45,663 bases of DNA from Octopus bimaculoides (Eukaryota): the NCBI RefSeq assembly GCF_001194135.2, contig NC_068982.1, positions 186,814,915 through 186,860,577 of the forward strand, given 5' to 3'. How positions within the stretch are numbered: the first letter of the stretch is position 1; each line of letters opens with the position of its first letter. A model generated the notes under the pieces. The model worked only from the letters and a program-made list of their open reading frames with translations. It was not told the DNA's origin and did no database searches. This document shows positions 21,840 through 33,897 of the stretch, piece after piece. The position numbers were made by a program, and so were the translations under genes.

Positions 21840-24800
21840 GTAAACCATTCCCCATTAACTTTTATCTGTTGTTTCAATCTTTAAACTGCAGCCATGCTTT
21901 GGAACCGCTTTGAAGAATTTTTAGTTGAATGAATTGATCGAATCTGTTTTTTTCTTAAGCTTGATACTTATTCTGTCAGTCTCTTTTACTGAACTGCTAA
22001 GTTACATGGATATAAACATACCAACATCATTAGAAAATAACTATTTGTAAATCTCACAATGTGAGATATTCAGCAACAGTACTTTGGAGTAAAGATTATT
22101 TGCCAACATAACATGGCAGTCCTGGTTTAGGACGAATGTTGCTGTAATTTAACCCCAAGAGGCATCGTCTCCAGCTGGCTATACGACATGATCTGTGTCC
22201 TTATGGTGGTGCTAGATTCCCTTGTTCGAAAATATAAGGACACTGATCGTGTCGTATAGCCAGCTGGAGATGATGTATCCTGGGGCTAAATTGCAGCAAC
22301 ATTCGTCCTAAACCAAGACTGCGGTGTTATGTTGGCAAATAATCTTTAATACCACCACCAGTTATCCAAGCTGCAATGGGGGACAAACACAGACACAGAG
22401 ACACACACACACATACATATTTGCATTCATAGCACCTCTAACCGTTAGCTATACAGAAGCTTTCAGCTTATCAAATTTCCTCGTAACTTTTACGTGCCAC
22501 CGGCACGAAAACCAGACAAGGCAGCGCTGACATCGGCCACATTTGGATGGTGCTTTTTATGTGCCACTGGCACGGGGATCACAACTACAATTTCCATTTG
22601 ATTTCATCATCATCATCTTTGTTTAAACATCCGCTTTCCATGCTAGCATGGGTTGGATAATTTGACTGAGGACTATCCTCAGCTGCCTAAATAAATAGAA
22701 TTTATTTAATCTATTATTTAATTCTATTTAATAATGCAGCTGAGGACAGCTCTGCATTTAAATTGATGTAATGATTGCATTGTTCAATTAAATGGAGTTG
22801 CTTGAAACGATCGTACTGCATCACCTCTGGATATCCTGTTGCTTATTTTGATTNNNNNNNNNNAAACGATCGTACTGCATCACCTCTGGATATCCTGTTG
22901 CTTATTTTGATTTTATTCACCTTATTTTGAAACTGTACGGATAATTCCACACTAATTTTTGGTGCCTCAGCTTAAGTACCTAATTCATTTGAATCTCAAT
23001 TATTTTGCTTATATATCATCCTTTCTGTTTTTCTCTCCTACCCTTTCCCTATTCTTCTCTCCCTTTCACCATTCCCTCTCTCTCTCTCTCACTCTTCCTC
23101 CTTGACTCTCTCGTCGCTGACACATGACGAGAGGGGATCTCTCTTTTTGCCCACTGCCTTCCTAAAGTAAAGACGTGTTTTTTTCTGTCTCTTCTCCATG
23201 TCTACCTAGCGTTCATAATAATTTTTCCATCGTCTTGGCTTAACAGCACTCACCGTTTGTCTTTACTGTCTTGTTCTCACTGTCCTGTTCTTGTTAACAC
23301 TTTAACCCTCCGCAAAATATCCCAAATTTTATTTAATTTGCTTGGCGGGAAGGACTGTTCCAACGAAGTTGCGTATTGTCCTTGCCTTTGAAACGCGGAG
23401 TAGATGGAACAGGGACAACTGACGAAGGGGTGTATTCTTTATGTTACATGTCTCGTTTCTCTGTTTTTTTTCATTGTTCAGAAAAAAGTTTGTTTTCTAT
23501 GTTTTCGTTTCTCATTGTGTTTAATGTTTTTTTGATGTCCTGTACCTATATATGCATGTATGTATACAAATAGATGTAGGTATGTACATATATGTATGGA
23601 TATATGCATATATTTATATATTATTATATGATCGAACGCCACACATCCTTTTCCAAGTAAGTTTTATCTATATCTAAATATATATATATATATATATATT
23701 TTTTTTTCTTTTTCCAGAATTTCGAGCTGCTCTAAGAAGCTTTGAGGAAGATTTAGAAAATGAAGAAATTGATCATAGCCAAGCTAAGAGTTACAGTAAA
23801 CACTGCATCTCTGAGACAGATGCTTACGAAAACTATTCACAAGACAATTCAAGAAATGAAACAACAACTAAAAGATTGACCGATCCTCAAGGTAATAACA
23901 TATTGATTGATAACTTTCATTTGTATCGTCATCATTTAACATCCATTGTCCATGCTGGCAAGTTGGAAGGCTGCAGTCTGATTTGGCATGGTTTCTGTGG
24001 CTGGATGCCCTTTCTAACCCTGACCACTCCAAGAACGTAATGAGTATTTTTATGTGCCACCTTCATGGGTGCCATTTGTGTGACGTCGGTATCTGCCACT
24101 ACTTCGATTTTACTTGGCTTGTAGGGTCTTCTTCTCAAGCATGACATAATGGCAAAGTTCTCGGTCATTCGTCATTGCCTCTGTGTGACCCAACACTCAG
24201 AAGATGTTTTTTTTAAGCAAAAGGTGTGTAAAACGAATCCCTGCTGTGCCACATAAAAAGCATCTGTGCTGGTGCCACGTATAAAGCACCCAGTACACTC
24301 TGTAAAGTGGTCGGCATTAGGAAGGGCATCCAGCTGTAGAAGCCATGCCAGAACAGATGACTGGAGTCTTGCACAGTTCTCCAGCTTGCTAGTTTCTGTC
24401 AAAGTGTCCAACCCATGCCAGCATGGAAAACATGTTAAATGATGATACTGTGTGTACCCTTGTCTTGACATTATGTTATAGTTATAGATAAACATTACTG
24501 TCATACAAGCGATGTTGTTACTTTTTGGTGTTCCATATAACACTATCTGGCTGTGGGGAAATGTTACACATTTCTTGTACACAAGAGAGGGTGGGTACTT
24601 GGCTGAAGATTCTACATGACCAATGTGAGCATGGAAAAGTGGATGTTAAATGATGAGGTTAATGTTGATTTTATATCCTTCCACTTGGAGAGTTTAAATG
24701 TAGTTACAACAATATGTCCTTCTGTTGAAATGAAATTTCTGTAAATTTCTATATCTTTGTGCTCTGCATTTTACATTTGATGTAATGTTCACATTGCTTA

Positions 24801-24945
24801 AATAAATGGAGTCGCATGAAACGATCATACTGCATTAACCTTGAATATCCTTGTTGCTTATTTTGATTTTAATCACCTTATTTTGGAATTGTATGGATAA
24901 TACTATACTTAATTCTGGTGCCTAAACTTAAGTATCATATTCACC

Positions 24946-24984
<39 letters not shown>

Positions 24985-27900
24985 TATATATATATATCAG
25001 TGGTAACTGTCACTCAGGCTGTTTGGGCTTAGCCTGAGTATAAATTTTGTAAAGTGAACGTGTTTTGCAAGCTGATATAATTTCTACCAACACTGACTTC
25101 AGTATATAATTACAGCCAATAACTCAGGCTCCTTTTATTAAGCCTGGTCACAGTTCATTTGTGTTCGTTCAGCGTCTGGCGATGGCTTAGAAGTGTCCTG
25201 TGTCAAAAAATATCATTCGTAGCAGACATTCTCTCAACATCGTTCACACACGCCTGACTCGAGCTCAGAAGTTACAGCCCGAGTTGTTGTCTATAACTGT
25301 AAAAATTAAAAGTAATTCAAATTCAATGTTTTCTTGAAGCAAATTTCTATAGAGATTAGGATTCAAATTCCAATCTATGAAAAGTTTCCTCCATTCTGCA
25401 ATAACCTTAAAGGAATGAAAATTTATCCAGCAGTTCAGGCTAATATGAATGAGCCTGGTAGGTGTAAAAGACTAACTGGCATCTCTTGTCAAGAGTACAG
25501 ACGACAATCAGATCGCTGATGTTTGTTGTGTACTCTGCTGTCGTTATTTGATTGCTGTTATTCGGTGCGTCTGTGTGTAAAGATCAATTGTGTTTTGCAA
25601 GGTTGCCTTATTTTTACTTTTAACTTAGAAATGGAGAAAGACATAGTGCTAGATATAAAAAATAAGCCATTTGGAGCTAGAAATAAAGTGGAAAAATGTG
25701 AAATTCTATGAACAGGCATGTGTCTTCTGCAAAATCTGTGATGAGCCTCAAGTGACGCTGATGACCTGGAGTCACCTCTGATATATATATATATATGCAC
25801 AAACACTAGCAGTTTTCTTCTAGTATTCTAATCAATATAAACGAAATCGATATATTGATTTCATTTCATATAATAAGCAATAGATACGAAGTTGCCATAG
25901 GCACAGAAAATAACAAGGCTTTCATTATTCAAAAAGCCGTGGTTTATACATTTGTGTATAACCAGATAAAATTTCAGATAACAAAAAATTCTCTGTAATT
26001 TTGATCTGATAAATAGATATAGGGTAAAAATTTTCATGAACTCCAAGCAATCCAGCAAAGTTACACGAAGAAGATTGTCTCAGTGCAACATGTCAGCTAC
26101 TGGGAGAGACTGAAAAAGTTAAGACTCTACTCCCTAGAACAAAGGCAGGATAGATACGCAGTGATATACATCTAGAAAATCCTAGAACTTGTACCAAAGT
26201 TTGGCATTGTCAGTTATGCAAACAGTAGAACGTGGCGCCACTGCATAGTACCAAAAATTCCAAGATTGCCGTCAGGATACATGACCAGATACTGCAACAG
26301 TTTGGGCTTCAAGGGCTTATAGCTCTTCCGTATCCTTCCACAAAGCCCGAGGGACCTACACAGGGTAGATGTAGGCATCTTTGCAACAAAACTGGATCTC
26401 CTTTTGTCAAGAGTTCCGGACGAACCTACCTTGCAGCAAGAAACACAGATGAGGGCAGCAACATCAAACTCCCCCCATTCACCAAATGCCACACATTGGG
26501 GGAGGTTTAATGAAAGTATAGCAAAGCAAACAGCGGTGCCACAGCTCTTGAGCTGAAACTAGAAAAGGAAAGAAAGGGGAAAAAATGAAACATCAGTTAA
26601 AAGATTGACCCATCCTCAAGGTAATAAGAGATATATTGATGATTGCCTTTCATTTATATACATGCATGCGTGTGTGTGTGTATACTATTGTCTTGATATC
26701 ATGTGTCTCAAAGTAAGACTTTGTAATTAATTTTTTATGGAAAAATTTGAATAAAAGTGTTTGAAGAAGATGGAGAATGTGACAAGAAACTGAAGCTGTG
26801 AGTGTGAGAGGAAAATTGTAAGTAGACAGGATAAAGGAAAAAAAGAGAATGGGAAGAGAGCGAAAAGGAAATAATACCTTAAAAATCATTATTACTCTGT
26901 AAGAGTTTTAAAAAGTGTTATCTTATGGTGATGATGGTGGTGGTGGTGGCGGCGACGATGGCGGACACGGGTTCTGTCTTACAAATTCCTCTCACAATGG
27001 TTGTGAGGCAAATGTCTTAACTACTCAGCCATGCACTTTAAGATAAATTGATCTGCTAACTGAAGGAGACACTTCTGGTAATGAATTGAAATGTTAAATC
27101 ATTTTTGCTCTAATCATTTTATCATCATCATCATCTAAACCAATGTCGATTAGGATGATGACAGCAAGAATGATTCAACATTTAAATTCATTACTTGAAC
27201 TGTCCCTTTGTCGTCTGTCGACAAAATGGATGCCTTTCTATTGGGGTTGGTATTTAGAAGAACATTGTTTACTCCCTACCTCACTAAATAAGGCAGTTTT
27301 TCTTGAAAATAATGAGTATTTGTGTCTCCTTACGCTCCCAAATAATTTGGTAAAAGACATTTCCTGAAGATGTCACACAATGGGATTGAACTTGAACTCC
27401 GTGATTGCAAAGTAAATTTGTCCAGCACACAACCAAACCTGTGTCCAGAAACATTGCTTTAATTCCATTTTTCCATGATTCCTATGAGTGAGGTGGATCT
27501 TGAATGTCTTGAATTGTTGAGAGCCAATATTTTTTTTTAAATGGAATCCTTTTATATTGCAGAACCTCAACAAAAGACATCATCAGTGATTGCTACTAAA
27601 CAGGTTGAAGTAAGTGTTTTATTAATTTAGTAATTTCTCTACTTAAACCATTTCCTGGAGTTCTCTTTTGAAGAAGGGAACAAACCCCTCTCAGTCAGTT
27701 ATCATCATCATCATCAAACATTCGTTGTCCATGTTGGCATGGATTGGACAGTTTGACGAAAGGGTTAAAATATATAATAGAGAAACAATTCTTAACCCTT
27801 TTGATACCAACCTGGCTGAAACCGGTTCTGGCTCTGAGTACAAATGTCTTGTTTTCATAAGTTCTGAATTAAAATCTTCCACCAAACCTTTGTCACAATT

Positions 27901-29363
27901 TATGTTCTTAACACTAGCTTAATGATAACTAAGTTATTTTACTAAATTCTTTGTTATATTCAAAGTAATTGAAAGAAACACAAAGCATCTCAACAGAAAC
28001 ATGGTAACAAAAGGGTTAAAGAACTTGCATTTATTGATATTCTTTGTTAAATGAATGATTTCAGCTATTTTAATCAGTTAATGGAGCCTCCATGCAATTG
28101 CTTGAAAATCTGCTTGAAACCATAGTTGAATCTCCCTCTAATCACACACTCATATCTTAACACGGCTCCCGAGCCTCATTTTACGTTTTATCTCAGGGTC
28201 CCAATACAATATCTTAATTAATTTTGACATGAGCAGTGTAATATTTTTACACTATACCATATGGGAGGCAAAGGTTACACAGGTAGTGTTAGATACATAT
28301 GTCCCACCAGAGGGTCATGTGGTACCCTAGTTCATATCACATCCTGGATACCACATGACCTACCTGTGACCAATTAAAAATTTTGGGTATTTTCTATTGG
28401 AAAATCTACCAAATAGTATTGGTACAAAAGACTGAGGGGGTGGGGGTGGAGACAGTAGTTCTGTGGTTCAGAAGTTGGGGCGTTTTGGTGAGTGATCCCT
28501 TACCTATAACTTATATGATATTCTGTGGATGTGTTCTAAGATGTCTGGATGTTTGTGGCTGCTGTACCTGATTTAGGAGCCATGCTTCATTTTGGGTCTC
28601 GTTTGAGAATTGCAGGTGTTCAGTAGTTGTTTGGAGTCTGAAGAATTTTCTGGACCAATCTTTGTGAAGCACTCTTTACTCTATTATTTCTATTTTCTTT
28701 GGTACAGATGGCTAATCTTTCTGACAGTTCTGATCTTCAACCTGATTCAGAGCAGATATTTGAAGACATAAGTACCGGTTCTTATAGGAAGCTGCCTCTT
28801 ACCAGTGATTCTCAACAACCTTCCGATAGACCAGCCTACAGTTTTCCTAAACCTAACACACAAGGTAAATTGTTCTTCATCATTCATCATCATTATCATC
28901 GTTTAACATCCGCCTTCCATGCTAGCATGGGTTGGGCGATTTGACTGAGGACTGGCGAACCGGATGGCTGCATCAGGCTCCAATCTGATCTGGCAGAGTT
29001 TCTACAGCTTGGTGCTTTTACGTGCCACCGGCACGAAGGCCACTCACACAGTACTGGCAACAGCCAACCTCAAAATGGTGTTTTTTACGTGCCACCTGCA
29101 TGGATGATTTTCTAACATGCTAGAAGGCAACACTGGTAAACAATTACGCTCAAATGGTGCTTATATATATATATATATCACTCTCTGAGTGGTTGGCGTT
29201 AGGAAGGGCATCCAGCTGTAGAAACTCTGCCAAATCAGACTGGAGCCTGGTGTTGCCATCCGGTTTCACCAGTCCTCAGTCAAATCGTCCAACCCATGCT
29301 AGCATGGAAAGCGGACGTTAAACGATGATGATGATGATGATGATGATATATATATAGATGATG

Positions 29364-29396
<33 letters not shown>

Positions 29397-31065
29397 CACA
29401 CTATCTCTGTTACAGTATGATATTTGAAATGTCTGTATGCCATTTTTAATCATCATAATTATATAGAAACCAGTGTTTCTCAACTAATTTTTACTTATCG
29501 ATCCCTTAGATTTCTGTTTTACTCTCCTTTTCAGCGCCGTTGGATGTTTAAAAAAAATCCTGTCACATCTTTATAATTAAATACTTTTAGGAATTGTATA
29601 AAATAAGTGTTAAAATATTTTGTGTCTTGTCGAAGTATCAGCAATTTATTGTAGATAAATTCTAATGGCAAAATTTTACATGAACCCTTGTTGAGAACGA
29701 CTGATTTAAAGGTATATTTTGTATTTCGTTGATATCTTTCCAGCTTTAATGACTGCTTTGAGAAGTTTTGAGAAGCAGATGAAGAATCTAGAATCTGAGC
29801 TTAATCTCGCTATGAGTCGCAATAAACAACTCCTCTCTGAAGCAGATGCTTACAAAAACTGTCCACAAAACAAGGCTGGGAAGGAAACATTTGAAGACTT
29901 GGCACCTCAGCAGAGTGGTAAGTAGCCTCTGTTGACAATTGACTCTTTCCATTTTCAGTATTTTAATGTTATATCCTTGTGCCTCCAATATTGTAGTATT
30001 GTTGATATTGTCGACAATAAATAAAGAATACACTGTAACAGTGTTATAACAATACAAAATAGAAACAATTGCAGTAACAAACATGCAAAGAAGAATCAAC
30101 AATCAATATTTCCAACACATTAACTTGAACTGTAAAAACTGCCCACTACATCAGACTGCTACTATTTATATGAATTGGTCCCATCTGTTCCATTGAAAGG
30201 GTGCTGTAGTCTTGCCACAACATCTAATAACATCAACATTCAAGCGAGGTCGTTGCCAGCGCCGCTGGACTGACTCCTGTACAGGTGGCACATAAAAACA
30301 CCATTTGAGCGTGGCTGTTGCCAGTACCGCCTGACTGGCCCTCGTGCTGGTGGCATGTAAATGCACCCAATACTCTCTCGGAATGGTTGGCGTTAGGAAG
30401 GGCATCCATCTGTAGAAACTCTGCCAGATCAGACTGGAGCCTGGTGCAGCCATCTGGTTTCACCAGTCCCCAGTCAAACAGTCAAACCGTCCAACCCATG
30501 CTAGCATGGAAAGCAGACGTTAAATGATGATGATGACGAAAATGAGACGCCAGTTTTTCTTATGATTGCTACATTACAGACATAGACAAAAGCCCTAAAA
30601 ACTACTTCTTTTGGATCTTTAAAAATTTCTCTTATATCATGATTGACAAATAATAACTTTAATCTCATCTATGCTGTTCAACCTAAACAGTTTTCCTAAC
30701 GATGTGACTCGAGTGCCTCAACAGCTCATGCCCCTCACACCTGACCTCACCTGAATCTCCACTTTTATATTACAGAACCTGAAGAAAAAAGATCATCAGT
30801 GACTACCACTAAACAGAAGGTCGATCAAGTAAGTATTCTATTGATTTAACATTGATTTGTGCTACAAGAATTGAATCTGTTTTAGAACCCATGTAATTAT
30901 CTATATTTTGGAAACCAGTGGCTGTTTGGTAAGAAGTTTGCTTCTCAGCCACATGGTTCTGGGTTCAGTCCTACTGCATAGCACCTTGAGCAAGTGTCTT
31001 CTATAGCCTCAGGCCAACCAAAACCTTGTGAGTGGATTCGGTAGACAGAAACTGTAAGAAACCTG

Positions 31066-31108
<43 letters not shown>

Positions 31109-33866
31109 ACGTGTGTCTTTGTGTCTGTGGTTGTCCCCCACCACCATTTGACAACCAATGTTGGTGTGTTTGTGTCCTCCAGCATGGGCTCAATCTAATG
31201 ACATCCTACTGCGACAGTCACGGAAGTCTGGTGCAGGCTTCTGCCTGGCCAGCTCTTGTCAAACTATCCTACCCATGCCAGCATGGAAGGCAGACGTTAA
31301 ACGATGATGATGATGATGATGATGATGGTGGTGGTGATAAAGTAAAAGATAAAAGTACCTTCTTTTACATGTTTCAGTCATTGGACTGTGGCCATGCTGT
31401 GGCACCACTTCAAAGGGTTTAGTTGAATAACTCAACTCCTGTACTTCTTTTTCCTTTTTAAGTTTGGTATTTATTTTGTTTGTCCCTTTTGCTGAACCTC
31501 TACATTAAGGTAACATCAGCAACTAACACTGGTTGTGATGCAGTGAGGGAAGAGAGTGGGCAGATATGTAACCCCCCCACATACATATATGTGCAACAGA
31601 CTTCCACACAATTTCTGTCTACCAAATCCACTCACAAGGCATTGGTTGGCTTGGGGCAAGCATAGAAGACTCTTGCCCAAGGTGCTGCACAGTGGGACTG
31701 AACTTAGAATCATGGGGTTGCATCTATCTAGCTATATATATGTATATATATATATATATATATATACATTTTACTGTGGCACCAACATGAGTGAGGTTGC
31801 CTTGTACCTTGCAGGACAGAAGAATGTCCTCACAGCTTTGTGTTGCTTCCCTTCATTCAGTGAAATTTGACCAAGTGAGTAGGAAAGGAAGACCAATTGT
31901 TCCAGTGCAGTTTTGGTTGTGTTACATGAGTCTCTGTTTTCTTTGGTACAGGTATTTAGTCCTCCCAGCTGTAGTGACGTTAGACCACATTCAGATCAGA
32001 TTTTTGACATTAGCACTGGTTCTTACAAGAAACTTCCCACTACAAAGCCTTCAATCAATGGTGATCATCAGACTTCTGATAAACCAGTCTACACGTTTTC
32101 TGAAACAAACATAGAAGGTAAACCATTCTCTATCTTTGTATTACTTTAACCCATTCATGCCGATCGTCCGTTCAAACTGACCCTTAATTTATAAGGGTAT
32201 AAAACAAATACTTCATACAAATTGTGATTTGTGTATGATCTGTATCAAAAAATGAAACATGTTCTTAACACGTATGCAATCTGAATCAAACGGATTTCAA
32301 TGAAATTCTTTTCAGTTGTTATTTAGGTCAAAATAATAGTTTCTGTGAATTTTCAGGCAATTTCATTCCCTAGAAAAATTTCGGCATGAATGGGTTAATA
32401 TAAGCCTACATATTTATTTTGACAGGCGTCTGTATGTTTTATTCTCATTTCTTCTGGTAACACTTTGGGATAAACTTATCTAATATACATACGATATTGA
32501 AACAGACTAAATATATATCTACATCTATATATTGGTTTCAAATTTTGGCACACGGCCAGCAGTTTTGGGTGTGGGGGTAAGTCAATTACATCAACCTCAG
32601 TGCTCTATTGGTAACTTAGTATGTATGCACACACATATGTATTAATATATTCATAGGCAGATATATATATCATCATCTATATTTTGTTGGTTTCTTTGCA
32701 GCTTTAATGAATAGTCTAAAAAGATATAAGCAGCACGTTGATGTTTTGGAATCTGAACACGGCCAAGCTGTAAGTCATAGCACAGAGTGCGTCTCTACTG
32801 AGACGGAGGATTACAGAAATCATTCACAAAAGAGTGCAAGGAATGGAACAACAGTTGAAAGATTGACTCATCCTCAAGGTAAGATACTAGCATGTTGATA
32901 CATGCATCTGTTCATCATCAGCTGTGTTTTTCAAAAGTTCAATTCCCAATCCATGTGGTTTTAGGTTCAGTCCCACTGTGTGGCACCCTGGGCGAGTGTC
33001 TTCTACTAAGCCTTGGGCTGATCAAATCCTTGAGTATATTTGGAGGATGAAAACTGAAAGAAGCTGGTTATGTGCAAAGCGACGAGTTGGCAGAAACGTT
33101 AGCACGCCAGGCAAAATGCTTTGCGGTATTTCATCTGCCGTTACGTTCTGAGTTCAAATTCCGCTGAGGTCGACTTTGCCTTTCATCCTTTCAGGGTCGA
33201 TTAAATAAGTACCAGTTACTTACTGGGGTTGATCAAATCGACTTAATTCGTTTGTTTGTCCCCTCTGTATGTGGCCCCTTGTGGGCAGTAATGAAATAAG
33301 GTTATGTGCGATTGTGCATGTGTGCATATATGTATTGTTGTAAAGCAGTCTTCTGTCACTTTGTGTATCTATCTTTTGATGACAGTTGTCGCTCTGACAG
33401 ATATTGTTATCGTCCAAAGTTGTCGATAGAATGGTTCTATCTAGCACTGTATGACCCCCAGTCGTTCAGTGTTATCATCCTCAAAAAAATTGGTTTGTTA
33501 TAACGCCCACTCAGTATCACAGGATAATTACTATATCAACGCAGACACAACTATCAACATATACTCTCAACCTTCCTGACCTTCCCCTGTCGACCAGCTA
33601 CTGGTCTCTTTATAATGACTGGATCCTACCACTTTTTTACCAGGCAGGGTGTACAGCTTCACTATACAGCATGTATGTCTGTGTTTGTTGTCATTTCCTA
33701 TCAATGAATCTTCTGCCAGCTTTGCTGCTTCAAAAACTTGTAACGTATGAGATCCCTTGCTTGAAAAACAGGGAACAGTTAGCAACTGGAAGGACATTTG
33801 GCTATAAAACAAACCTCATATTTTTGTCTATGAAAAAACGTGCATAAAAAATTTGAATGAAATATG

Positions 33867-33897
<31 letters not shown>

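Noticed and set aside
33080-33200. tRNA gene candidates (gagttcaaattcc, gggttcagtccc B-box-like motifs)
   Set aside because: These are heads of multi-copy SINEs; no cloverleaf could be built.
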